A DNA stretch of 64,000 bases. Origin: Aestuariivita sp. (GTDB taxonomy: Bacteria > Pseudomonadota > Alphaproteobacteria > Rhodobacterales > Rhodobacteraceae). Made by a program: the position numbers and the translations under genes. The stretch is taken from positions 11,109-75,108 of the forward strand of contig NZ_JAAWWD010000008.1 in the NCBI RefSeq assembly GCF_021404545.1. The letters are read 5' to 3'. Position 1 is the stretch's first letter. Each line of letters starts with the position of its first letter. A model generated the notes under the pieces. It did no database searches. It saw only the letters and a list, made by a program, of their open reading frames with translations, and was not told the DNA's origin. Below, piece by piece: positions 38,016-47,772 of this stretch.

Positions 38016-38161
38016 CTCCCGTCCAATGTCACGGGCTCGCGGATTTCGGTTTGGGGGGCTGAGAAATCAGCACCGAAAAACGGACCCAGATAGGCATAGC
38101 CGACAAGGCCGATACCACCCAGAATAGTCATAAAAATCAATACTTTGAGCAATCGCCACAT
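38012..38161 (-). CDS. 49-aa single-TM small protein (not in ORF track)
   Basis: MWRLLKVLIFMTILGGIGLVGYAYLGPFFGADFSAPQTEIREPVTLDGS; stop overlaps the next start. Confidence 0.7.
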   Translation of the reverse strand: MWRLLKVLIFMTILGGIGLVGYAYLGPFFGADFSAPQTEIREPVTLDGS

Positions 38162-38267
38162 AAGGGGTCCCCGATTTGCCTGCCTGACGCCTTTTGGCGC
38201 TGTTTATATATGGCCTTTTTGCCAAGTTCACGTCATTCAGAGAAGAATGAGCGGAATTGAGCACAGC

Positions 38268-38837
38268 ATGGCCCAAAATAACGGCCCTTCAAGTGGAGGG
38301 CTGTTGAAAAAGACCGTCGTGATGGTCGGAATGATGGGGGCGGGCAAGACGGCCGTGGGCCGCGCGCTGGCGGCACGGCTGGGGGTGCCGTTTCTCGACA
38401 GCGATGCCGAGATCGTGAGGGCCGCCAATATGTCGATCCCGGAGATTTTCGAGCGCGACGGAGAGGCGTTTTTTCGCGACAAGGAGGCCCGGGTGATCGC
38501 GCGGTTGCTGGAGGCCGAACCGGGGGTGCTGTCGACCGGCGGTGGGGCGTTTTTGGCGGACCGCAACCGGCAGGCCATCTCCGATAAGGGGGTATCGGTC
38601 TGTCTGGTGGCCGAGCTTGATGTGTTGTGGATGCGGGTCCGGCACAAAGATACCCGCCCCTTGCTGCGCAGCGCTGACCCCTACGCCACGCTGAGCGGGC
38701 TTTACAGTGACCGGATGCCGATTTACGCGCTGGCAGATCTCAAGGTCGTGTCGGATGGCGAGACCTCGATCGAGGCGATGGTGGACAGGGTCTTGGCCGC
38801 GCTGGCCACGCGACCCGATGTATTGGCGGAGGCATGA
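38268..38837 (+). CDS. aroK: Shikimate kinase
   Basis: GMMGAGKT P-loop, FLDSD, STGGG, RPLL. Confidence 0.93.
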   Translation: MAQNNGPSSGGLLKKTVVMVGMMGAGKTAVGRALAARLGVPFLDSDAEIVRAANMSIPEIFERDGEAFFRDKEARVIARLLEAEPGVLSTGGGAFLADRNRQAISDKGVSVCLVAELDVLWMRVRHKDTRPLLRSADPYATLSGLYSDRMPIYALADLKVVSDGETSIEAMVDRVLAALATRPDVLAEA

Positions 38838-39949
38838 TGCGCGAAACGGTGCATGTAAAGCTGGGCGCGCGTTCCTATGACGTGGAAATTGGCCCCGGCC
38901 TGATTGACGAGGCAGGCGCGCGCATCGCGCCGCTGTTGCCGCGCCCGCGTGTGGCGGTCCTGACGGATGAAACGGTTGCGGCGTTGCATCTGGAGCGGTT
39001 GCGCGCCGGGTTGGCCCGCGCCGGGATTGAAATGGTGGCATTGGCATTGCCGCCCGGAGAGGCCACCAAGGGCTGGACGCAATTCTCGCGCGCGGTCGAG
39101 TGGCTCTTGGATCAGAGGATCGAGCGCCGCGATCTGGTCGTGGCCTTTGGGGGGGGTGTGATCGGCGATCTGGCCGGTTTTGCGGCGGCGGTCCTGCGCC
39201 GTGGCGTGCGGTTCGTGCAAATCCCCACATCGCTTCTGGCGCAGGTCGACAGTTCGGTGGGGGGCAAGACGGGTATCAACACCGCGCAGGGCAAGAACCT
39301 TGTAGGCGCCTTTCACCAACCCGCGCTGGTTCTGGCCGATACCGAGGTTCTGAGTTCTCTCGGCCCGCGCGACTTTCTGGCGGGCTACGGTGAGGTTGTG
39401 AAGTACGGTCTTCTGGGCGATGCCGGTTTTTTCGGTTGGCTGGAGACGCATGGTTCGTCTTTGGCATCGGGCGATTTGGCAGGGCGGGTTCACGCGGTCA
39501 CCCGATCGGTCGAGATGAAGGCCCGTATCGTGGAGCGGGACGAAACCGAAGAAGGGGATCGTGCGCTTCTGAACCTGGGGCACACGTTTTGCCATGCGCT
39601 GGAGGCGGCAACAGGGTACTCGGATCGCTTGCTGCATGGCGAAGGCGTCGCCATCGGCTGTGCGCTTGCCTTTGAATTGTCGGCCCGATTGGGGCTGTGC
39701 AGTCAGGAAGCGCCCAGTCGGGTGCGGGCGCATCTTAAAGCGATGGGGATGAAGACCGATCTGTCGGATATCCCCGGGGATTTGCCGGATGCCGCAAGCC
39801 TGTTGGGCCTGATGCAGCAGGACAAAAAGGTCGTTGACGGTCAGTTGCGGTTCATCCTGGCGCACGATATCGGCGATGCGTTCGTGACCGGCGACGTCGG
39901 GTCCGAGGCTGTTCTGGATCTGATCGGCGACGCGCTCGCCAGAAACTGA
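38834..39949 (+). CDS. aroB: 3-dehydroquinate synthase
   Basis: GGGVIGDLAG, PTSLLAQVDSSVGGKTG, LNLGHTF, LLHGEGV. Confidence 0.96.
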   Translation: MMRETVHVKLGARSYDVEIGPGLIDEAGARIAPLLPRPRVAVLTDETVAALHLERLRAGLARAGIEMVALALPPGEATKGWTQFSRAVEWLLDQRIERRDLVVAFGGGVIGDLAGFAAAVLRRGVRFVQIPTSLLAQVDSSVGGKTGINTAQGKNLVGAFHQPALVLADTEVLSSLGPRDFLAGYGEVVKYGLLGDAGFFGWLETHGSSLASGDLAGRVHAVTRSVEMKARIVERDETEEGDRALLNLGHTFCHALEAATGYSDRLLHGEGVAIGCALAFELSARLGLCSQEAPSRVRAHLKAMGMKTDLSDIPGDLPDAASLLGLMQQDKKVVDGQLRFILAHDIGDAFVTGDVGSEAVLDLIGDALARN

Positions 39950-39984
39950 CACAGTTTCTGGCCATTTTCTGTCTCAGAAAATGG
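39939..39984. repeat. Two back-to-back perfect 10-bp hairpins between convergent aroB and ssb
   Basis: CCAGAAACTG-aca-CAGTTTCTGG immediately followed by CCATTTTCTG-tct-CAGAAAATGG. Confidence 0.85.
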
Positions 39985-40039
39985 TGCGGCCCGGACGTGC
40001 GCGGTTTGCTTCGGGCAGGCGCAGGCCGGGCGCTGTCAC

Positions 40040-40525
40040 TCAGAACGGAATCTCGTCATCCATATCGCGGGACGAAGCCGGTCCGCCGCCACCCATATCG
40101 GATGGTCCGCTCTCATAGCCGCCATATCCGCCGCCCGAGCTGCCACCGGTCTGGCCACCGCCACCGCTACCTTCACGGCTGTCGAGAAAGGTCAATTCGC
40201 CCGCGTAGGGGCGCAAGACAACCTCGGTCGAGTATCTGTCTTGACCTGACTGGTCCTGCCATTTGCGGGTCTCCAGCTTGCCTTCGATATACACTTTCGA
40301 GCCCTTGCGCAGGTATTGCTCGGCCAGACGCGCCAGATTCTCGTTGAAAATCGCGACGCTGTGCCATTCTGTGCGCTCTCTGCGTTCTCCGCTGCTGCGG
40401 TCTTTCCAGGTTTCGGACGTGGCGATACGCAGGTTGCACACCTTGCCGCCGTTTTGAAATGTGCGCACTTCGGGATCGCGCCCGAGATTTCCGATTAGGA
40501 TTACTTTATTGACCGAGCCAGCCAT
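40040..40525 (-). CDS. ssb: Single-stranded DNA-binding protein
   Basis: [19 protein letters not shown] ... DDEIPF. Confidence 0.97.
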   Translation of the reverse strand: MAGSVNKVILIGNLGRDPEVRTFQNGGKVCNLRIATSETWKDRSSGERRERTEWHSVAIFNENLARLAEQYLRKGSKVYIEGKLETRKWQDQSGQDRYSTEVVLRPYAGELTFLDSREGSGGGGQTGGSSGGGYGGYESGPSDMGGGGPASSRDMDDEIPF

Positions 40526-40736
40526 CTTGCCCCCAGGTTACTACTGTCTGTGTTCGTGGCCCGATCTCGAATCCGTCCGGGCGTTTCGCGACAGCCTACA
40601 CTCACCCCGAGCCGGTTGAAACATGGTTAACACCAGCGAATCGGGGGATGATCGGTCCTAGGTCACCTCACCCCTGGCAAATTGAGGCAAACTGAGTATA
40701 TTTCCGCAACGGGAAATTCTTGGGGCACGTGGTGAC

Positions 40737-41321
40737 ATGCGGGTATCTCTGACGGCGCTGCTGATCGTGGCCCTGACCATGCCGGTCGCGGCATCGGCAG
40801 ATATCTTTTCTTCAAAGAGCCGCACACAGCTTTTCAGTTCGCAGAAGCGGGTGCTTGATACCCGGGCGGCCAGCCAGTATGCCTCGTCGGTTCGGCTCAG
40901 GCCGCAGACGATCCACACGCCGTCAAAATGGGATTCTCCGGGGTATTCCGGAGCGTACCGGGGGGAATTCCTGCCGATCGCGCGCGACGCGGCGCGGCGC
41001 CACGGGGTGCCAGAGGATCTGTTCTTGCGTCTGGTGCAACAGGAATCAGGTTGGAATCCCAATGCCAGATCGCACAAAGGGGCCATCGGTCTGGCCCAAT
41101 TGATGCCGGGCACTGCGCGTGACCTGCGCGTCGATGCGCTCGACCCTCACGAGAACCTCGACGGAGGCGCCCGTTATCTGGCCGAGCAATACCGCCGCTT
41201 TGGCTCGTGGCGCCTTGCCCTGGCGGCCTACAACGCGGGGCCCGAGGCCGTGCGCAAGCACAAGGGTGTCCCGCCATTCCGCGAGACCCGCGACTACGTG
41301 CGCATTATCTGGGGCAGCTAG
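40737..41321 (+). CDS. Exported lytic transglycosylase (SLT domain)
   Basis: Signal peptide; [26 protein letters not shown]. Confidence 0.92.
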   Translation: MRVSLTALLIVALTMPVAASADIFSSKSRTQLFSSQKRVLDTRAASQYASSVRLRPQTIHTPSKWDSPGYSGAYRGEFLPIARDAARRHGVPEDLFLRLVQQESGWNPNARSHKGAIGLAQLMPGTARDLRVDALDPHENLDGGARYLAEQYRRFGSWRLALAAYNAGPEAVRKHKGVPPFRETRDYVRIIWGS

Positions 41322-41403
41322 GGGCGCGACCGGGAAAGGCGCGTCTATTTACCGCCGCTTCACCAATGCGCTGTATCTCCTGATCTTCAGGCAACCCTGA
41401 CGG

Positions 41404-42876
41404 ATGGAGAATCCACCCATGAGCGCTTTGGCCAGCCATGCCGCAACGTCCTTTCCGCTTCGTCGGGAAGGGGCGGTCGAGACCCGCGTTTCCGATCTGA
41501 TGGCGCAAGGCGCCTATGCCGAGGCGTTAAAGCTACTGCTCCCCCGGCTCAAGTCGGGAAAGCTTGATGTCGCAACGCTGGATCTGGCCGCAAGTTGCTA
41601 TTGGTATCTTGATGATTCGGACACTGCACTGTCGCTGGTTCAGGTGATCGTCGATCAGTGGCCGGATCGTTGTGCGGGCTGGACCAAGCTGGCCGCGATG
41701 GCGACCAGCGTCGGCCAGACCGAACGGGCGCGGGCCGCGCTGGATCAGGCACTGAAACGGGGGCCGAAATCGGCAAATGGGTTGGCTTTGCTGAACCGGC
41801 TCGATCCAATTCGCCGCGACAGCGCCTCGGCGCGCAGGCTCAAGGCTTTGGCCACGGCAACGCAGACCCCGGCGCGTGACAAGGCCACGGCGATGAACAC
41901 ATTGGGCCGGATCGAGGATCGCGCGGGCCGCCCTCGGGCGGCCTTTCGCTGGTTTGCGTCAGCCAAACGCGCCTATGGAGAGGAATATCGCCCCCGTGAG
42001 GTGACCGCGATGGTTGCCGCCCAGATTGTGCGATTTGACCCGACCGGCCTGCCTGACATGGCTGAGCAAACCCCGCGCATGCTTTTTGTGGTGGGCATGC
42101 CCAGATCCGGGACCACACTGGTCGAAACCATCCTGGCCCGGCATTCCGATGTGCGTCCGCTGGGCGAAAGCCAGGCTCTGACGCGCACAGTGATGGCGAT
42201 GCGCCAGCATGTGGCGCAGACGGCAAACACCACCTCCGCCTGGGACTGGTTCGAGGAACTCTCCCCGCAGGAGGTGGGTGCCTTTCGCCGTCTCTACCTG
42301 TCATACCTGCCGCCCGGTGCGGCTCAGGGCAGACAGATGCTGGTCAGCAAGATGCCATTGGATTGTTTTGATCTCGGTGCTGCGCGCGTCTTGCTACCGC
42401 AGGCGCGGTTCCTCCTTATGAACAGGCATCCGCTGGATGTGGGGCTGTCGAATTTCACGACTAATTTCCACGAAGGGAATGCGTTTTCCCGCAGGCTGGA
42501 CTGGACGGGTCACATGATCCGCTCGGTGGCGCGGTCCGCAGATGACTACGAACGCAAACTTGGTGCCCGGTTCCGCCGCCAATCCTATCGCGGCCTGATT
42601 GAGAAGCCAAAGCGTCAGGTACGCGCGATCCTCGACCATATCGGGCTGCCCTGGCAAGAGCCATGCCTGTCCCCCGAAAAAGGTCACCACATCGTGCGCA
42701 CCGCCTCGCTGAACCAGGTACGCGAAGCGATCAATCGCAAGGGGCTGGACAGATGGAAACCGTATCAGGACCAGTTGAGCCCGCTGGTCGGAGCCTTGGG
42801 CGGCTGGGATTGGATCCAGGCCTGGGAGGAGGCGGACGCAGCGCTGGCGATGGCGCCTACGGGCGCGCGCGACTGA
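41404..42876 (+). CDS. TPR-containing sulfotransferase
   Basis: N-terminal TPR-like helices; FVVGMPRSGTTL (5'-PSB loop), RHPLD, VRTAS..QVR. Confidence 0.85.
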   Translation: MENPPMSALASHAATSFPLRREGAVETRVSDLMAQGAYAEALKLLLPRLKSGKLDVATLDLAASCYWYLDDSDTALSLVQVIVDQWPDRCAGWTKLAAMATSVGQTERARAALDQALKRGPKSANGLALLNRLDPIRRDSASARRLKALATATQTPARDKATAMNTLGRIEDRAGRPRAAFRWFASAKRAYGEEYRPREVTAMVAAQIVRFDPTGLPDMAEQTPRMLFVVGMPRSGTTLVETILARHSDVRPLGESQALTRTVMAMRQHVAQTANTTSAWDWFEELSPQEVGAFRRLYLSYLPPGAAQGRQMLVSKMPLDCFDLGAARVLLPQARFLLMNRHPLDVGLSNFTTNFHEGNAFSRRLDWTGHMIRSVARSADDYERKLGARFRRQSYRGLIEKPKRQVRAILDHIGLPWQEPCLSPEKGHHIVRTASLNQVREAINRKGLDRWKPYQDQLSPLVGALGGWDWIQAWEEADAALAMAPTGARD

Positions 42877-43128
42877 GGCTACCCGGGTCCAGCTGCAGGC
42901 GAAACGCGAGACTGACTTCATTCGGTGCAGACGATGCCGGACATCCATCGGTTCTTGAATGGAGACGCTGACGATCAGTCTGCCACATCGCGGAGAGATG
43001 CTCGCCCGTCAACGCCAATCCACACAGCACGGAGGGTGGGGTCCGCGCGTGCAGGGGGCGCGCGTCCGGTTCAGCCTGCATCGGACAAAGCATCAGCCCC
43101 CGCCATTGTCCGAGATATCGCGTGATTT

Positions 43129-45216
43129 TCACTCGGCGGCGATCTTGATCACTGGCTCCATCTGCGCCAGTTTCTCATCGCTCAGATGGCATTTGAGCTG
43201 ATGCGCGCCCTCCAGCATGCGCACGGGCGGAACTTCGGTCTCACACAGATTGTCCGGAACTTCGGATTTCCATTTGCACCGCGTCTGGAATGGACAGCCC
43301 GAGGGCGGGTTCATGGCTGACGGGATGTCGCCTTCGAGAACGATGTGCTTTTTTTTGACCGACGTGTCGGCGATCGGCACCGCGGACAAAAGCGCCTCGG
43401 TATAGGGGTGATAGGGCGGGGCAAAGACTTGCTCGGTCGTGCCCAGCTCCACCACATGGCCCAGATACATCACCATAACCCGGTCGCTGAGATACCGCAC
43501 AATCGACAGATCATGCGAGATGAAAAGCAGCGTGGTCTTTTCCTTGCGCTGGATTTCCATCAAAAGATCGGTCACCGCCGCCTGCACCGACACATCGAGG
43601 GCCGAGACAGGCTCATCCGCGACCACGATCCGTGCGCCGCCCGCAAAGGCGCGGGCAATCCCGACACGCTGCTTTTGCCCACCCGACAGCTGACGTGGCA
43701 TCCTTTCGGCAAAGGCGCGAGGCAGCTTGACCAGATCGAGCAATTCCAGCATCCGCTGTTTGCGCTCGCGGTCATTGTCGCCGATACCGAAGATCTCAAG
43801 CGCCCGCATGATCTGGCGGCCCACCGACATCGATGGGTTGAGCGTATCGAACGGGTTCTGGAACACCATCTGGATTTCGCCAACCGTCTTGGCATCGCGC
43901 GCCTCGATCGGGATATCCTCGATATTGCGGTTATCGAGCAGGATCTGGCCTTCGGTTGCTGTCTCCAGCCCCATCAGCACCTTGGCAAAGGTGGATTTGC
44001 CGCAACCGGATTCGCCCACGATGGCCAATGTCTCGGATTCGCGTGCCTCGAATGACAGCGTTTCATTGGCCTTGACCACCTTCTTGTCGCCGCCGCCAAA
44101 AAGCGCATTGGCCGCCACCTCATAGTATTTCTTGAGGTTATCCATTTTCAGAACGACATCGCCGATCTCGCCTTTTTCCTTTGTGTCGGCCAGGGTGATA
44201 GGCGCATGCCAGTCGATCTCCTGAAACCGCAGGCAGCGGGTGGCATGACGGTCATTGCCGGGCACATCGAACATCTGAATATCGCCCGCATCGCAGCGCC
44301 CGGCCTCGAAATAGTCGCAGCGCGGGCCAAAGTTGCAGCCATTGGGCCGCTCATGGGGCAGCGGGAAGTTCCCTGGAATGGCCACAAGCGGGCGCGAGTT
44401 CTTGTCGGCGCCGGGCAGCGGGATCGACCGGAAAAGCGCCTGTGTATAAGGGTGCTGCATTTCGTCGAACACATCCTTGATCGACCCGCGCTCCACCGCC
44501 TCGCCCGAATACATCACGCAAAGCCGGTCGCAGGTTTCCAGCACCAACCCCAGATTGTGCGAGATAAAGAGCATCGACGTGCCGTATTTCTTGCCCAGAT
44601 CCTTGACCAGTTCGACCACCGCCGCCTCCACCGTCACGTCAAGCGCGGTTGTGGGCTCGTCCAGGATCAGCAGCGCGGGCTTGGACATCAGCGCCATCGC
44701 AATCACGATCCGCTGCTGCTGCCCGCCCGAAAGCTGGTGGGGATAGGATTTCAGCATCCGTTCGGGATCGGGCAGCTTCACGTCTGTGACCACTTCCAGC
44801 GCGCGTTGATAGGCTTCCTCTTCGGATACGCCCTCGTGGATCATCGGCACTTCCATCAGCTGTTTGCCGATACGCATCGCTGGGTTGAGCGAGGCCATCG
44901 GCTCCTGATAGATCATCGCGATCTCATTGCCGCGAATATCGCGCAGCTCTTCGGCGCTCATCTCGGCCAGATCGCGGCCCTTGAACTTGATCGTGCCGCC
45001 GACGACCCGGCCATTCTTGCCCAGATCCTGCATCACCCCCAATGCCACGGTGGATTTACCACACCCCGATTCCCCGACCAGGCCCACCGCCTCGCCCGGC
45101 TGCACGGCCACGGAAAAGTCCATCACCGCCGGGATTTCCCGCAGGCGCGTGAAAAACGAGATCGAAAGTTTGTCGATCTCCAGGATCGGGCCTTCATAAT
45201 CGTCGAGTTTGTTCAT
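43129..45216 (-). CDS. Peptide/nickel-type ABC transporter, fused double ATPase
   Basis: Two GESGCGKS Walker A, two LSGGQ signatures and oligopeptide C-terminal Cys motifs. Confidence 0.94.
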   Translation of the reverse strand: MNKLDDYEGPILEIDKLSISFFTRLREIPAVMDFSVAVQPGEAVGLVGESGCGKSTVALGVMQDLGKNGRVVGGTIKFKGRDLAEMSAEELRDIRGNEIAMIYQEPMASLNPAMRIGKQLMEVPMIHEGVSEEEAYQRALEVVTDVKLPDPERMLKSYPHQLSGGQQQRIVIAMALMSKPALLILDEPTTALDVTVEAAVVELVKDLGKKYGTSMLFISHNLGLVLETCDRLCVMYSGEAVERGSIKDVFDEMQHPYTQALFRSIPLPGADKNSRPLVAIPGNFPLPHERPNGCNFGPRCDYFEAGRCDAGDIQMFDVPGNDRHATRCLRFQEIDWHAPITLADTKEKGEIGDVVLKMDNLKKYYEVAANALFGGGDKKVVKANETLSFEARESETLAIVGESGCGKSTFAKVLMGLETATEGQILLDNRNIEDIPIEARDAKTVGEIQMVFQNPFDTLNPSMSVGRQIMRALEIFGIGDNDRERKQRMLELLDLVKLPRAFAERMPRQLSGGQKQRVGIARAFAGGARIVVADEPVSALDVSVQAAVTDLLMEIQRKEKTTLLFISHDLSIVRYLSDRVMVMYLGHVVELGTTEQVFAPPYHPYTEALLSAVPIADTSVKKKHIVLEGDIPSAMNPPSGCPFQTRCKWKSEVPDNLCETEVPPVRMLEGAHQLKCHLSDEKLAQMEPVIKIAAE

Positions 45217-45251
45217 CTCTGTCTCCCTCTCGGGCCAGCGCGCGGCCTGCG

Positions 45252-45299
45252 CTTCTTCTGGCCGAAAATATTCCCGGGGGTCCGGGGGCTGGCCCCCGG
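45252..45299 (+). repeat. Intergenic repeat copy 2
   Basis: CTTCTTCTGGCCGAAAATATTCCC plus hairpin CCGGGGG-ctgg-CCCCCGG; further AACAGT...ACTGTT unit at about 45343-45368. Confidence 0.7.
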
Positions 45300-45389
45300 T
45301 CCGCCGTCGATGTCATGCCGCGCGCCGATCCGGGGGCGGGCAACAGTCTTCGCCCAAAACTGTTCCCCCCGAGCTGGACCAGGCCCGCC

Positions 45390-46583
45390 CTAATCCTTCA
45401 GGCTCTCTTCCCGCAGACCGTCGGCCAGCAGGTTCAGACCCAGCACCAGCGACAAAAGCGCGAATGCCGGTGGCAGGGCCGGGTGCAGATAGATCGACAA
45501 GAGCTTGCGCCCCTCATTGATGGTCGACCCCCAATCCGGGCTCTCCGGCGGCAGGCCCAGGCCGAAAAAGCCCAGCGTGCCCAAAAGGATGGTGGTATAG
45601 CCGATCCGCAAGCAGAAATCGACGATCAGCGGGCCGCGCGCATTGGGCAGGATCTCCCACAGCATGATATACCACGGGCCCTCGCCGCGCGTCTGGGCCG
45701 CGGCCACATAGTCGCGCGTCTTGATATCCATCGCCAGGCCGCGAACGATCCGGAACACGGTGGGGGAGTTCACGAACACCACCGACACGAACACCACCAG
45801 GATCCCACCCGGGATATCGAAGAGATCGACAATGCCCGGCAGCACCGACACCGGCGAGCCGACCTCGGAAATCAGCGACAGATAAATCCACAGCATCACG
45901 CCCAGAACCCCGATCAACAGCGGCGTGCGGAACTTGGGCTGCGTGTAATAGCGCGAGTTCAACAGCACGCCCACAAAGATGATCGGGAAGATAAAGAGAA
46001 CGGTTGCCATATAATTGGGCACACCCGTCTCCACGATCTCCGGTGTGACCAGCAGGTAAAACAGCAAGATCACCGGGAAGGCCAGGATCAGGTTCGCCAG
46101 AAACGACAAGAGCGTGTCGAGCTTTCCGCCATAATACCCCGCAGGCAGCCCCAGCGTGATGCCCACCATAAAGGCAAAGAGCGTGGCCAGCGGCGCGATC
46201 TGCACCACCACCCAGGCGCCATCCACCATTCGGCTGAACACGTCACGCGCCAGATTGTCGCCGCCCAAAAGGTAGTACGCATATTCACCCTCGCCCGGAT
46301 TGCGCATCGCCGTGCCGGGAGGTTCGTTCTTCATCCCCGAGACCTGTGAGAGCGGGTCGTGGGTCATGATCAGGTCGAGCTGGCCGAAAATGCCGGTAAA
46401 CACCCAGAACATCACAAGGCCAAACCCGATCAGGCCGATGGGGCTGTCGTAAAGCTTGCCATAAAGGCCCAGTTTGCGTTTGAAGGCCGCCGAGACCGCG
46501 AACAGCACGATCAGCGCGATCCAAACCGGCATGAACTGCCAGAACATCCGACCGATGATATCGGCCCAGGTCAATGGTTCCAT
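45390..46583 (-). CDS. ABC transporter permease (DppC-like)
   Basis: LGGDNLARDVFSR, DYVAAAQTRGE, EILPNARGP. Confidence 0.92.
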   Translation of the reverse strand: MEPLTWADIIGRMFWQFMPVWIALIVLFAVSAAFKRKLGLYGKLYDSPIGLIGFGLVMFWVFTGIFGQLDLIMTHDPLSQVSGMKNEPPGTAMRNPGEGEYAYYLLGGDNLARDVFSRMVDGAWVVVQIAPLATLFAFMVGITLGLPAGYYGGKLDTLLSFLANLILAFPVILLFYLLVTPEIVETGVPNYMATVLFIFPIIFVGVLLNSRYYTQPKFRTPLLIGVLGVMLWIYLSLISEVGSPVSVLPGIVDLFDIPGGILVVFVSVVFVNSPTVFRIVRGLAMDIKTRDYVAAAQTRGEGPWYIMLWEILPNARGPLIVDFCLRIGYTTILLGTLGFFGLGLPPESPDWGSTINEGRKLLSIYLHPALPPAFALLSLVLGLNLLADGLREESLKD

Positions 46584-46596
46584 CTTAACCGCCCCC

Positions 46597-47649
46597 TCAA
46601 GAAATACGGATGCGTGGGTTCAGGAACACATAGCCGATATCCGATATCAGCTGTGTCACCAGGACCACGATCACCGAGACGACCGAAACCGCCAGCAACA
46701 GTTCGATGTCATTATTACCGGCCGCCTGAACCAAGAGCCATCCAAAGCCCTTGTAGTTGAAGAGCGTCTCGACGATGACAACCCCGTTCAGAAGCCAGGG
46801 GAATTGAAGCATGATCACCGTAAACGGCGCGATCAGCGCATTGCGCAATGCGTGCTTCATCACGATATTGGGAAACGACACGCCTTTCAGACGGGCGGTT
46901 CGGATGTATTGCGCGGTCATTACCTCGGTCATCGAGGCGCGCGTCATCCGCGCGATATACCCCATCCCATAAAGCGAGATTGTCAGCACCGGCAGGAAGA
47001 AATTCTCGAACGTGGCGTTTTCCATCGCAGCCGTCGCGGTGCCCTTGAACCATCTCAGCCCGACGGCTGAAGACGCAAAGACCGCGATAAAGATCACGCC
47101 CGAGACATATTCCGGCGTTGCCGTGGTCGCGATCGAAAAGGTCGACAGCGACCGGTCGGTCACCGACCCCTCGCGCATGCCCGCAAGAACCCCAACGATC
47201 AGCGCCATGGGCACCATCAGGATCAGCACAAAGAACATCAGCTTGCCGGTCAAACCCAATCGGAGCGAGACGAGAGAGCCCACATCATCCTTAAACACCG
47301 TGGAATACCCCCAGTTGCCCTGCAGGATGCCACAGAAGCGCGGCGCATCGGCCATCTCCTCGGCGCTCACGGTCCCCCGGACACAGCGTCCGCGCAAGCC
47401 ATCGTCAGCCTCGCGCACCCATCCCGGTGCGACACCCAGCCACTGGGCATATTTGATGGCGACAGGTTGCAGATAGCCGTTGCTTTCCAGAAAGCTTGCC
47501 ACCGCTTCGTCGGACATCCGGAAATTGCCCTGGGTCTTGGCGAGCTTTTCCAGGTTTGGATATAGATTTGTCATAAAGAACACGACGAATGTCAGGCACA
47601 GGGCCGTCAATATCATCACGCCTGTTCTTCGTAGGATAAACAGTCCCAT
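46597..47649 (-). CDS. ABC transporter permease (DppB-like)
   Basis: YIRTARLKG, KHALRNAL, VIVETLFNYKGFG. Confidence 0.92.
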   Translation of the reverse strand: MGLFILRRTGVMILTALCLTFVVFFMTNLYPNLEKLAKTQGNFRMSDEAVASFLESNGYLQPVAIKYAQWLGVAPGWVREADDGLRGRCVRGTVSAEEMADAPRFCGILQGNWGYSTVFKDDVGSLVSLRLGLTGKLMFFVLILMVPMALIVGVLAGMREGSVTDRSLSTFSIATTATPEYVSGVIFIAVFASSAVGLRWFKGTATAAMENATFENFFLPVLTISLYGMGYIARMTRASMTEVMTAQYIRTARLKGVSFPNIVMKHALRNALIAPFTVIMLQFPWLLNGVVIVETLFNYKGFGWLLVQAAGNNDIELLLAVSVVSVIVVLVTQLISDIGYVFLNPRIRIS

Positions 47650-47725
47650 AAGATCCCCTGTTGGTCAGGTCTCGATCACGCCGCGATCCGGCGTTTTGTG
47701 TCATTCTTGCCGGGTCATCCCGGAA

Positions 47726-47757
47726 GGCCGGGCCGCGCTGTGTCGCGCGGCCCGGCC
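47726..47757. terminator. Perfect 13-bp stem-loop after the substrate-binding protein gene (intra-operon attenuating or stabilising hairpin)
   Basis: GGCCGGGCCGCGC-tgtgtc-GCGCGGCCCGGCC. Confidence 0.65.
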
Positions 47758-47772
47758 CCAGTCATTGTATCG

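Noticed and set aside
42959-43201. 80-aa plus-strand ORF after the sulfotransferase
   Set aside because: Weak RBS and overlap with the ABC ATPase 3' end; cannot be supported without homologues
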